A stretch of 59,605 nt of DNA, filler included, from Catajapyx aquilonaris (lineage: Eukaryota): assembly GCA_000934665.2 (NCBI GenBank). It is 4 parts of 4 records of this genome, joined end to end, with 100 filler letters (N's around TTAATTAATTAA, not from the genome) between each part and the next. Parts side by side here need not be neighbours in the genome. Positions count along the whole stretch, not along the records: positions 1 to 14,814 come from JYFJ02007679.1; positions 14,915 to 29,729 come from JYFJ02007680.1; 2 more parts are not named here. One strand, 5' to 3'. This document shows, piece by piece, positions 12,801 to 25,020 of this stretch. The translations under genes and the position numbers were made by a program. The notes below the pieces were generated by a model, which was not told the DNA's origin, searched no databases, and saw nothing but the letters and a program-made list of their open reading frames with translations. Numbering within the stretch: the stretch's first letter is position 1; the number at the start of each line of letters is the position of its first letter.

Positions 12801-14814
12801 TTCGAATGATGGACCCTGGGATAAGGTTTCATGACGGAAAAGGCGTCATCAGAGGTTTGTCGGAGAGGCCATTTTAGGAGCTTAGTCTCCAAATGGGCTG
12901 TCTCCTAACGGGAAGAGAGAAATCTCGCAATATTATGTTGCTGCTGGTGAGCATTCGGGAAGATCTGGGAGAGTCATTCATTTTGAATGAGAATATTGTT
13001 AACGAGCGGTTTGATTTAACAAATGTAGGTTTCACTGTATGAGAACGATTAGTTTGTTGCATGTACGGTACACGATCAACTCTCCGCATGGTGTGATACG
13101 ATAGTTTTTAATTGCTGATTAAATTCAATGACGGGGTTTGAAAAACTGGATTGGTAATTGCATTAATTTAGCTGCGCGTATAATTCATGCAAACCGATGA
13201 CTGTTTAGCATACTCTGGATCAGCAATTATTAATTATTAAAATTTGCTTAACGACACGATGTGGCGAGTTGATCGGGGATGACCTATAGTGTACAATATA
13301 AACAATGAAGGCACTCGATATCGATCAAGACGACAGGTGACCTATTTTAGTTTGTTTGACTTTGCGATATAGGCTTATTACGGATTATTACAGTACTGTG
13401 TACATAGACTACACTCAACGCATTTCTTGTCCATATGGCAGTGGCTACTGCAGTATTGCTAATGTGATTCTATAGTATGCTCAGAAGAAATGTGCTCTTA
13501 ACCCCACTTTTCAGATGCTGTTGTTCCTGTCATTTATTACTTCAAGAAGTTGTCAACACGGGTAGTAGTCTACACTTGGCAATGTCGCTTATCTCAGGGC
13601 AATATCGCTTAAGATATCCTAACTCGGTAATGGTGAATATGTCTTAGGAAATGTCCTAGGATACTCCTATATAAGTTATCCTAAGGCAGCATCTAAGACA
13701 TTTTTATGATAGTCATCTCTGGTTTCCGCTACGATAGAAATGGACTTAAATCCTTGGGACCAAGCAGAAATTCCAGATTTCCGCCGAAAGGTAAGTCTCT
13801 TCGTGTTTTAGTGTGCCATGGACTTCGGATTTAAGCAGTCCGGCCGGACTTTTCACGGACTTTTACAACATATTGTCGGACTAAGACCGAACTTCCTTAA
13901 TGACTTACCCCTTGATCTCCGCTGAATGCCGGGTTTTATTATAGAGCGGACAGGTTTTATTGCACTTTGTCACTGTCAGTTCCGTGTGTCATCATCGATA
14001 TTGTACGATCCCGACGATAGACGATCCCGTAATACAATATGACATCGGCAATCATTAACGACCCACCGGTTTTTCCATTAACATCTCTAACATTGTGCTC
14101 TAGATCTGAATCAATCGCTAGTTAAAAGAAGTCTCGGGTTTTTTTAAATAGAAAAATCCAGTCTGAAAAGTTTAGTTAGGCACGTGCATGCCCCAAAATT
14201 AGCCACTATGGTGAAACGTCAGGCAGCACACACCACTGATTGTAGAGAGAAAATTCACTAACTAAGCTAACTGGCAGCGCTTTGGGAATCACACCACATT
14301 AACTTGACTTGGCTCCTAATAGTCGGGATGACATACAATAGGTTCCGGGTAGTCACAAGTACGGTTCTTTTTTGAATGCCAGAGGATGGCGTTTTTAAAT
14401 AATCTGTTGAGCCATAAACTCGCATAATCAAATTAGAATGGTTCCAGCAGAGTGAAACGTTCTGCTTAGGTTTGCCGGATGACGTTTGCTATGTTGGCAG
14501 ATAGATTGTTGGATGGGAAGTGTGACGGATGTTAGGAGAGAAGTATAGGCCCTAACTCATATTTCTGCGCATTACACAGTCACAATGAAGTCAAAGTTAT
14601 TTTTCCGGAGTGCCGCAAATAATTGTGCAATAGTCACTTTAAATGAAGAAAATTATGTTCATATCATTTGTTGAGTATTTATAGGTGAAAATATTGGCCA
14701 TGTATAGCTTAAAGTAGGTGTGACCGTACCGGTTTTACTATGTCTAAACGTCCTACAGTTCAATGCAGTCTGATGCTACCTTGCATCACCTTTATATCAG
14801 TGCACATTTTGACT

Positions 14815-14914
14815 NNNNNNNNNNNNNNNNNNNNNNNNNNNNNNNNNNNNNNNNNNNNTTAATTAATTAANNNNNNNNNNNNNNNNNNNNNNNNNNNNNN
14901 NNNNNNNNNNNNNN
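14815..14914. other. Artificial assembly linker (44N-TTAATTAATTAA-44N)
   Basis: Exactly 100 nt with a central six-frame-stop oligo. Identical structure at 29730 and 44647. Confidence 0.97.
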
Positions 14915-15234
14915 TTTGTAGTTAGCTGATCAGCTGTTAGAGAAGCTGATTTTTCGGTTAGCTGTGCCCACCTTTGACTATATTGAATGGAAATATTATC
15001 CTTTCAGGGTCTGAATAATTGCAACAAATTTCTTGGTACAATTTGTTACAAAAAATTGGATTTGATAAATAGCTAAATTAGCTATTTAGCAAATCCAATT
15101 TTTTGTAGTTAGCTGATCAGCTGTTAGAGAAGCTGATTTTTCGGTTAGCTGTGCCCACCTTTGACTATATTGAATGGAAATATTATCCTTTCAGGGTCTG
15201 AATAATTGCAACAAATTTCTTGGTACAATTTGTT
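14915..15234. repeat. 133-bp direct duplication with an inverted-repeat junction, in a TAGCT/AGCTAA-rich repeat
   Basis: 14915-15047 matches 15102-15234. The junction 15047-15107 is a palindrome with 30-bp arms, 1 mismatch and a 1-nt spacer. Confidence 0.85.
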
Positions 15235-15296
15235 GCGAATGATGCTAAATGGCCAGAAAATTAGTTGAAGCTAATGCTAACAGCTAACAGCTAACC

Positions 15297-15632
15297 TTTT
15301 TTTTTTCATTACCCCACGGGGGGAGTTACGTACTCCTTAGGGGGGGTGGATTACCACCATTGGGGTTTTCGTTGGAGCGAGTTAAGATAGAATCTTATTA
15401 GTGTACTCCAAGGGTGGGTGGGAGGGGATGTGCAAAGTGCAAGTGCAATGTCTCTAATCGTCATTTTGTGAACTCCCCCGGGTGGCTTAGTCTGTCGGAA
15501 ATTACCACCCGAAACGAAGCCAGAGATGGCCCAACTCTGCACGAAAGAAGGTGGGAACCCCGGGTGGGGATTGAACCCGGGACCTTAACTTCCGTGGGCG
15601 CGCGCGTTACCGCGGCGCCACTCCGTCTCCCC
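15297..15632 (-). mobile_element. tRNA-derived SINE, copy 2 (poly-A tail type)
   Basis: Reverse complement of 1870-2210 at high identity. T-run at 15297-15306. 14-bp TSD AGCTAACAGCTAAC (15282-15295 / 15633-15646). Confidence 0.9.
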
Positions 15633-16330
15633 AGCTAACAGCTAACTTACCTCACTTTTTTTGATCCGTGACCCTTATAAAACAGACCTAAGCTGATAAA
15701 GTCAAGAGAGCATTGCTACACATACGCCTTATTAAGTTATTTAGGTTACTGTTCCGTACAAAAAGTAATAAACAAATCCAAAGAGGAAAAAGTTTATTTG
15801 TCTCAGAAGAAAGCTACAAAGACAGGCAAGGCAAAATTTATATTTAAAAACTGGTAGTTATAATATAATCCGCTCACCGAATTGATCGGAAAATAAGTTT
15901 TGGCCAGGTAGGCAGAGAATTTACAATCCGGTACCTAGCCCTGTAAAACTGGGCTATTTTAATCCCTGCCTGAAGTGGAAACAATGCAACTATAGAAAGT
16001 AACATACAGCGAGACAGGAACACGAATGAATTTTGTTAGCTGAGTTCATTTAGCTGCAGTGCGGCACTAATTTAGTGGGAGCTAATTAGTCAGCTAGCGG
16101 CCTGAAAAGTTAGAGAAAGCAGCTAATCTGCTAACTAAAAGTTAGTTCAGCTATTAGCTGTTAGCTGATTAGAGGCGCTACTGCCCACCTTTGAATATAG
16201 TGTCAACATATAAGGTAATATTTTTGGCAGTTACTCATTGAAACTAATTGGTAGACTAAAATAATAATGAACAGCACATTACAAAAAAAATTGTTAACTA
16301 CTTTCAATTGTATTTCAATTGAGACACCCT

Positions 16331-17088
16331 GTAGGGAGAGTGCTGTACCATGGAACACTTTTTCAACATTTATTTTTATTTAGTAAAGTTGTTCATGTTT
16401 TCGACATGTGAAACTGTCCATGTATAAAGCATATTGTTGCCCACACAATATAACTTACTCATTTTGTATGTCACTAATAACTTTACTCAAAATAATTATA
16501 AATATGTGATAGTGTTGCAAATGTTCCATGGTATTACAACATGCTGATGTACCTTGGAACAATCTGATGTATCCTTGGAACAATTTATTTTCCATCATGA
16601 TATTAGGCTCAACAATGCAAATATTTTATTTCACGTTGTAGTTTTCATTCTTTTCAAAGCCAATTTTGAACACTATTCTTGATGACACCCTGACACAACA
16701 CCCTAGCTGATGTGTTCCAAGGTACATGCAGGGCTACTTTTAGAAATGAACTTGCCTCTCTTTCGTGCATTACATGATTGGTAGGTAATAATGATTCAGC
16801 ACTGTAGACTATTGGTGTACACTTCAGAGCAGAACTTCATCTACTACAAATCTGTTATATGACAGGAGCAATAATCGACAAAAGGCCTGCCAAAAAACTT
16901 ACTTTTGAATATGAAAAAACACCTCCGCCACTCACTACCTCCAAAATGGCTACCTGCTAGGGTCAGCTTCCAACTAGGGGGCATATGCATCCTTTGATTC
17001 AGAAAGTGGCCGGTACATGTCAACACGAGCTGTGGTACATTGAGTGTTCCAAGGTACGTTGTACTCAAGGTACAGCCCTCTCCCCTAC
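16331..17088. mobile_element. Non-autonomous DNA transposon (MITE) with GTAGGG(G)AGAG termini
   Basis: Left end GTAGGGAGAGTGCTGTACCATGGAACAC versus reverse complement of right end GTAGGGGAGAGGGCTGTACCTTGAGTAC. Internal repeats of GTACCTTGGAACA-like motifs in both orientations. Confidence 0.65.
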
Positions 17089-18720
17089 TCTTTTCCACTG
17101 TTATAAACAGGCATGTACAATCTTGCTTTCAAGCAGTGGTCGAACCTTATATGATTTAAAATGGACACGCCATGAGTAGTGTTGTATTCGGATGGAAGAA
17201 TTTTGGTCGAGTATACTTAGGAGGTAAGATAGTGTCGACTTTTACCCTGGATTTGTGCTCCGGGACGGTTTTCCTTCCGACGTGATTGTGGCCCAGAAGA
17301 CCTGGTCCATTGATCGCGCCCCGGAGATCAAAGGTGGCATCGGAATCTCCAATTACTCCGGGCCGTCAGTTCTCTCCGGATACAAGAATCGGGAGGTCAG
17401 CTCCAGACTGCAAAGTCGGCTCCCGGATAACTCAAGAGTCCCAGCCCGCAGCCTCCTAGATTATGCAGAATTTTGCCCTCGTCAAAATCACCAACCCTCC
17501 CCCTTTCCAATTAATCTCTTCTGACCCCTTACCCCCTGCTACCCCCACCCCTCCCAATAAACTTTTTTTTTGGAGGCCACATCAAGTGCCTTCAGAACTT
17601 TGTTGTCGCTCATACCAATTTGAATCCGGCGGTGCGGTTCTCCCGAGTTCAAAGGCGCCGATCAAACATTTTATGCAAGGAAATTTTGTCGTAGCAAAGT
17701 TATGTGAATGCTAATCCTGTATGACGAAATAAAAAGTGACCTTATGTATAATAATTGTGACAAAGAAACTTTTGAGGCGTAAAATTTGAAGTCACATTTA
17801 GAACTTGTCGAGTTCATAAATTTAGGTAAAAATATGCACAAAATCTCGGATAAACAGAGGAAATCGTAGTATGAGAGAACAATAATGTTTCTCAAATCTC
17901 AAGTGAAATTTCGCATAGGCCTACACACAAAAATACTGCGAAGACCACCCATTTCCTGAGAGAAAGCGAGATTTCTCCTCCGAACATCTCCGTATCTCAT
18001 CATACTGCGTGTTTACGGAAGTTTTCGCGTGGATTGTCAGGACTGTATGGTACTTCAAATATTGTAGCCAGGCGTGTGACCAAGGGGCACGGGAACATGA
18101 ATCGTTCCCGGGGCGAATGAAACCTGGGTGAGAGAGACCGGCAAAGTTCAGCAAGTCATGGTCAATAGGGTCGAATCGTGCAGCAGAAACCTGGCTTGTT
18201 CTAAGCACAAAAATGGCGATCGCTGTAGTGATTGGTGTGACAGCAGCCATGTTGAGTGTTGATCACGTGACTCTATGACCTAATGTGATATAAGAAACGG
18301 GACAGCTTTGGAACTGGTAAGAAGAAGAAAGAGCACATTAAAATAATTGGACATTATTCCTTCGTGTATGATGAGCTCATACAACCTCATACCTGACTAC
18401 GTTAGTAATTGTTGAGGAAACCTGGTCTTTTGAAAACTCCGTTGTACGCTTCGGTCTAGCAAAACTTGTTTGAAACTTAGTAGGTATACACCTTCACAAT
18501 ATATTATTTCTATGGGGTAAGCAGAAAAAGTACACGCTATATGAGACTCAAGGTGCCAACATATGACTTTCTTCGCCCAGTCAGAAAAGAGGAGTAATTA
18601 GTGTCTGCTTCTGATTGGAGGGGAAAGCTTTTCATTGTCACGTTGCTTCCAATGTTTCGCTGGAAATAAGCTTACTATGCTGTGTGTGTCATAACTGAAT
18701 TCAACAGGTACCCATCAGTC

Positions 18721-18842
18721 CAAAAAGAATCGTCCCTCGCCTCGAGCGGGCAGCCACGCGTCAGGATGAAAGCAACCAGTTATCTGGTTCCTTTCATCCT
18801 GACGCGTGGCTGCCCGCTCGACGCGAGGGACAATTCTTTTTG
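18721..18842. repeat. Near-perfect 122-nt hairpin (palindromic MITE-like element)
   Basis: Arms of ~59 nt (CAAAAAGAATCGTCCCTCG...AACCAG / CTGGTT...CAATTCTTTTTG), about 3 mismatches, 4-nt loop. Preceded by CAGTC, like the TA-CAGTCC MITE at 28593. Confidence 0.85.
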
Positions 18843-19235
18843 AACCGTTGTACAGTGCTGGACATATTAGATGTCCCTAAATGGTTTTCTTCGGCGTTCG
18901 ACGGCGCGGCGCGCGGCGTTACGCGTACATGGCAACCGCGGCCGCCGGGAGAAGGAGGTCGAATTCAAATATCAGTCCATGACGGGCGGTTTTTTCGATT
19001 GTTACCAATGTTACATGTTATGTTTACAGAGAGTGAGTGACGCGGAAGACACAGCGACGGGTATGCCTGCTTACACGTTAACAGCAATAAACAGGGGGAG
19101 GGGGGAAATGATCCCTGGAACCAAGGAAAGGTTTTTGTCCACAGCACCGAAATACCATCCCTTGGGGCTACCCCTTAATACAAATGAGGGGTGTGCTCAT
19201 AAAAGTGCGTTTAACTGACGGATTTTTCGGGTTAA

Positions 19236-19546
19236 GTGTATTTTCCGCGTAATTCGACACTGCTAAGACGAATGGTGACCATGCTCCGTATTATGTCAGT
19301 CTCGTCATTTGGCCCATATGTTGTCATATTTCAAAATGACCACCCCATATATATATACACGTGTCATTCGCATAATATGCGCCAGGACTAGGAACAGGAC
19401 TAACATGGCACATACATGCACATATACTGTACAATATTTTGAATTATGACATCACATGGTCCAAATTACGAGGCTGACGCGGTGTCTGACGTTCGGGGAA
19501 TGGCCACCATTCGTCTTAGTGGTGTCGAATTACGCGGAAAAGACAC
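19236..19546. mobile_element. MITE with ~100-bp imperfect TIRs flanked by TTAA
   Basis: TTAA|GTGTATTTTCCGCGTAATTCGACAC...GTGTCGAATTACGCGGAAAAGACAC|TTAA. Inverted similarity continues inward to about 19337 / 19436. Confidence 0.75.
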
Positions 19547-20002
19547 TTAACCCTTCGATGACGGGGTTTTTAGGCCGTTTTTTTGTTTCTTGAAAAAATT
19601 TGTAGTAGGAGTGATAAGGTAGGTGCCCCAGTAATGGATCGTGCCCCAGTGGTGGCTCAGTGGAGACTTAGAACCTAAATAACAATGGAACGCGGCAATA
19701 TTGAGTGGAAATGAGACATCTGGCTTCTTTTCACATCCCTTCGAGGTTGACTGTTCGCAACATGTGTACCATTCATGACCTATACTTAGTGAATGAGAAG
19801 CACGTGAACATGTCATCTCCGATTTTTGCCTCGCAATTTTGCTTTTCTTAGCGAATTCGCTAAGAGACACGTAGAAAGTAACACCTTGCATTCAAATCAG
19901 TGGAAGTGTTATTTCGGGGTTTTTGAGTGGGAAGGGATATAAATGCTTCAAATGTTCCAGATTTGGTGTCCTTTTGTGTCAATCTTATGTAAACAAAGTT
20001 TT

Positions 20003-20004
<2 letters not shown>

Positions 20005-20039
<35 letters not shown>

Positions 20040-20052
20040 TCTCTCTCTCTCT
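20005..20052. repeat. (CT)n microsatellite
   Basis: Read directly from the sequence. Confidence 0.95.
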
Positions 20053-20079
20053 TCCTGTTATTAATGCCTCTTTTTTTAA

Positions 20080-20413
20080 GGGAAGGCGAAGTGGCACTGC
20101 GGTAACTCACGCGCCCGCGGATGGAAGGGTCCCGGCTTCGATCCCAAACCCGGGCATTCCCCCCTTTCATCTCGTGCGGAGTTCGGGGTCATCTCCGGCT
20201 TCATCTAGGGTGGGATTTCCGATATATGAACCACCCGGGGGACCTCACAAAATGTGACCATAGTGCCGACATTGCACTTGCACATTGCACATCCCCTCCC
20301 AGTCACCCTGTCCTTGGACCAAGGGCCACTCTACGTTGTCAAATTCATGTACTGTACCACCTTGACAAAATAAAGGTCCTGCCTAGACCTCTGTTGAGGT
20401 ACGGCATTACACC

Positions 20414-20464
<51 letters not shown>

Positions 20465-20492
20465 CATCATCATCATCATCATCATCTTCATC
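20080..20492 (+). mobile_element. tRNA-derived SINE, copy 3 (diverged; (ATT)n(ATC)n tail type)
   Basis: Same head (TGGCACTGCGG ... GCTTCGATCCC) and core (CATTGCACTTGCACATTGCACATCCCCTCCC) as copy 1, but a different 3' region ending in a trinucleotide microsatellite. TSD AATGCCTCTTTTT at 20063 and 20493. Confidence 0.85.
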
Positions 20493-21135
20493 AATGCCTC
20501 TTTTTGAACAAAGAAATGTAACTTACATTAATTTGACAGTAGAAAAATAACATTCGCCGGCCGGAATTACTGTACTTGCTATATGCAGCATAATTATTAT
20601 GTGGCTTTTTGAGTTTTGTATAGGGCCCTGCATTTATTGTTCTTCCGTATCCATCGTTTTTCAGGGGTCCCGGCAAAAACGATGAATCGAGGTCTCACTG
20701 CATTATCATTCCACAGTTGCACATTTCACGCGGTTGTCTATAGGAAGTGTCAAAACTCAAAAGCTTTCAAAAGTGTAGATGTTTTTTGCCATCAACGCCC
20801 TCAATTTTGTCGTAGGGGTAAACCATACAGTTATGGGACACTTAAGATATTTCCAAGTTCACATCGTCACACGACCCACAGTAATTTATTACATCTCCAG
20901 TTTAATTATATTTTTTCGGATTCTTCAGAATGCTCTCTTTCAAGGAGCAACTGTAATTTAGTAATTTTTTATTACTGTCATTTTCGGTAATGAAAAGTTC
21001 CAAAAGAGTCACAAAAGTACAGTAATGGGACACTTTTCACAGTAATAAATTATGGGCCGCCTTTTGGACAGTGGTGGGACACATAATTTATTGTAGGGAC
21101 TCTATTGTTGTTTACACCACTTTCGTGGTGCAGGG

Positions 21136-24100
21136 TAGTTGAGTCATCCACACTCTACATTCCGTGACCATTCTCAGGCAAGGAAGGTTTGACTAGCCGG
21201 TTGGCTTCCTAGGACCTATCGGAACATATGAAGCCTCCATGTCCCTCCGAAAAATTCGAGGACTTTTTTCCCACTGCCTCAAATCAAAGATGGCCGTCGG
21301 CGCTTTTTTGACAGTGTAAGTTTTGATCCAAAGCACATAGAATCATGTACAATTGCACTTTTTTCGGGTTAATCGACCACGAGGATTCCGAATATGACAT
21401 TGGTTTGGCGTGACGACGCCATCATGCCCCTGAAATCCAAAACGATCACCACATGGTAGAAATGTAACGTGGCAGTTGCGTAAAAGGTCGGTAGAACTGC
21501 AATGAATTGTACAACCATCGTACTGAACCCTTTAAATGGCAATGTATCTCCTGGGATACTTACATTTTCAAACATTTTTAACGGGCCCGCCAGAGCTCCT
21601 AGCTGATGGGACTCGCGAGAACCTAGAGATTCTAAGAGATGTAAATGTCTCCCAAGATTCCCGCGCTGCGGCTCACACTGCACTGGAGGAGAATGCTGAC
21701 CTCGACAGTCTCATCACCAACCTCTTCGCTCATGTTGGGACCAGTGACATGGCAGACTATTGGAGAGACTTCCTGACCATGACGGATGTGCTCATGCGGA
21801 ATGTCCACGTAGTCCATATCTGCAACTGGGATGAATACGTAATCTCCATACGTGCTATGCTTCCATGGATGATTGTGTATGACAAGAACAGGTACGGTAG
21901 GTGGTTATCTGATTTCTGGGCGATGCTGACAACTCTCCCTGCTGATCAGGAAGCCTTCCTTCGTACTGACTTCGCTCAGACTATCACAGGTATTCCTTAC
22001 TGAAACATGGCCTGGGACATGTGGATTGAATGTACAATGAACAAGGGAATCACAATGAAGTCTGGCTGGCTCTCCATCCTCCAGAATGAGAAGCAGTTGC
22101 TTGTGCATTCCAGAAATGTTAATAATGTTGCCCGAATCAGAGCCGCAACTAACAAGTTGGCCAACCGAAAGAACGTCGAGATGAAGCACACAGAATGTCG
22201 CCCCAAACGGATGTGCGAAGATGAGCAGTGTGTACAGGACCTTGTCGCATGCATGATTGAGTTCGACAGCTTTCCGTTCGATCAGTCCTCACCTGTCCTT
22301 CGCACACTGCAGTCATCCATGCCTGCCTCAGATGTCTTAGTTGCTGACTTCAACTCAGCCTGTGCCTCAGGGGAGGAAAAACTAACCAAATTCCTTCGAG
22401 AACGTGTGTTCAGTAAGACTATGTCCCTCCACGCACCCGTCCCTCTGAATAAACGCTTGACGTTTGTCAAAATGCCAACCACGGCGAAGCGCCGAGAGGA
22501 AATGAATGCTAAAGCCGCAGATATGGAAAGGACCGCTCTCAGGGCAGTGATCGACCTAGTTAAGGTCAGTAAACTTGTAGCTCTTGACGAGTTGCTGGAA
22601 CATCGTGTTGTCGAGGAGTGTATGGCCCTATTTCACCCCAATGGTACATACAGGAAGACACAGAAAAGCAAGTTGATCCAGAGACTCTCTCTGGATTCCG
22701 TGGATTTATTGGAACCCTACACTTCCATCATCGACATGGGCATGTTGTGGCGGATTGCAACTCCATCGGCAGAGGATCGACAGACAGAGTATGGCACCCC
22801 GTACAAGTGGTCGGACTACGTCCATAAGGTGTCATCCATCATATTTGCCAGCCATGTTCATGCCGAATGCATTATATGCGTGAATGACCCGTACGACGTA
22901 CCGTACGCAACCAAGGATACCGAGCGAGAACTGCGAGTACGTGGGCAGGAACATATCCCTAACACATTCATGAAATTGAGTGACCCGTTCCCTTCTGCAG
23001 AAGCGTTCAAAACTCTTCTGTGTAGCGACAGAAACAAGGGGCGGGCGCGCGCGCGGGTGGTTGCAAAACCTGATCGGTGACTATCTGACAGAATGATATT
23101 GCAGAGAGTGTTGAAGCAGAGATTTTTTACTCTGTTGGTTCCCTCTGCACAAACTTGTCCACGAAACAACCCATGGAGAACCACAGCTTTAATCAGTCTG
23201 AGGCTGATTCCATCATTTTCTCGGTTTACTCCGTTCTGCGCGAGTCCGGTTACACTGGCCCAGTTGTCATTGATGCCGCTGATACAGATGCCTTTGTCGC
23301 AGCAGCGTTCATATCACGGCAGATTACAGGAATGCTGTGCATCAAGAGGAACCAGGAGACTGTACTGTGCCGTGGCCTGGTGAATGACGAGATGGCAGAC
23401 TGTATTGTGCAGTTTCACTGCATGACAGGCTGTGATGCCAACTCAGGGTTCTACGGCAAGGGTGTATGACCTGGTTGCGAAGAGCCCTCTGGCGCAACGG
23501 CAGCTATCGCGGTGCGGAGAAAGCCTTGACCTTCAGGAGGATGTGCTGGAGGATCTCTTCAAGTTCACCAGGAATGTCATCTATGGCGACAAAAAGAGCA
23601 GCACCATGGCTGAGGCCTGTTCAGCTAAGTGGACGACAATTAAGAATAAGCAATTCGTCCTACCTCCTCCTGATGCAGATAGTCTTCGCCAACATTGCGC
23701 CCGTGCAAACTACTTGGCGTAACTAGTGCGTCACCCATGTAAGAAGAACCACCCATCGCCACTAGGACATGGTTGGGAGCTAGTAGGTGGTGTCGTCCTG
23801 TCCGACACACCCGACCAGCCCTTCCTACGCAAATACCAGCAGTCACAAAAGTTGATATTGAAGAGGACGAAGAGGATAGCGACGACGGAACCGACGATAC
23901 GAAGAGGAGGACGAGGGATTCATCAGCAACTGATAATTCGGATGCTTGTGAAGAAGAATGCTTTAGTTCGGACTGAGTAACAGCCTTTAGAAAGTGGTTA
24001 TCGTATGTTGCGGTCAAGAGTGTACTCGTCTTTACTTGTCATCCGGTTTTCAATTATTATTGGTTTATGATAGTCCCGTATTTCTCTTTTCTATTTTGCA

Positions 24101-24484
24101 CAAATGGTAACTTTTATTAAAAAATAATGATGCAACATATTTATAAAACAACTTACTTGGTCGATTTCGATGATGTCTCATCTTGGATTTCAGGGTCAGG
24201 ATGGCGTCGTAACGCCAAACCAATGTCAGATTCGGAATCCTCGTGGTCGATTAACCCGAAAAAAGCGCAATTGTACATGATTCTATGTGCCTTGGATCAA
24301 AACTTACACTGTCAAAAAAAGCGCCGACGGCCATCTTTGATTTGAGGCCGTGGGGAAAAATTCTGGAATTTTTCGGAGGGACATGGAGGCTTAATATGTT
24401 CCGATAGGTCCTAGGAAGCCAACCGGCTAGTCAAACCTTCCTTGCCTGAGAATGGTCACGGAATGTCGGATTATGACTATACTA
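21136..24484 (+). mobile_element. AcademX-type DNA transposon, internally deleted and decayed
   Basis: ~300-bp TIRs (21136-21440 / 24183-24484) with TAGT...ACTA termini enclosing Academ-transposase and XPG-like nuclease coding remnants. Confidence 0.82.
21585..23976 (+). pseudogene. Academ transposase / XPG(FEN1)-like nuclease pseudogene
   Basis: Collinear ORF pieces: NWDEY...LPW..YDKNRYGRWL; DMWIECTMN; IIDMG, DPY, KDTERELR, NK; EADS, DTD, TGCDANSGFYGKG (H3TH-like); LPPPDADSLRQHCARANY; PSPLGHGW; acidic tail. In-frame stop at 22001 and frameshifts near 23050, 23465 and 23790. The N-terminal part is missing. Confidence 0.82.
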
Positions 24485-24965
24485 GTGTTACCCAGCACTG
24501 TTTCTTACTGTCTCAGCAGTTTTTCAAGTTTTTATCATCACCCCCCCCCCCCCNCCCCCCCCCAGACTCTATCGTCATTTGCGTGAAAGATGCATTTACT
24601 CCGGAATTACCGAACCTGCCTGCCAAGCAAAGAATTGTTATAGATTACAATGTTTGAGTTCAAGGATTTAACCCTTCCCGCCATAACGGCGCTACTGCGC
24701 AGTTTCCTTCCCCAGTGCGCAATTTCCTTCCCTTCCGCCGCCGTGATAGTTCTAACAAGAATTTCGTTAAGAACAGATGACTTTCTCACTTGAAATTCCT
24801 TCTTGTCTAGTATCATCAAAAGTTGCATATTGCATACCTGCATTAATTAAGCCTACAACATTCCATTCCAAGAAGCATTTCAAAAAGCAGTTTTTAAAAT
24901 TGACCTCGAAATACAGGTATAGGCAGCGTATGCCCATTACTGTAAATTGATGGTTTTGATCAACA

Positions 24966-25020
24966 CAGTTGTGGGACACCTCTTTCTACTTAATAAGTAG
25001 AAAGAGGTGTCCCACAACTG
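24966..25020. repeat. Perfect palindrome, 27-bp arms, 1-nt spacer
   Basis: CAGTTGTGGGACACCTCTTTCTACTTA-A-TAAGTAGAAAGAGGTGTCCCACAACTG. Confidence 0.95.

Noticed and set aside
13893..13915. TTCCTTAATGACTTAC as the U12 branch site and AC acceptor for Cav3 intron 1
   Set aside because: Branch-to-AC distance is too short and an in-frame TGA follows immediately; no Cav3 sequence.
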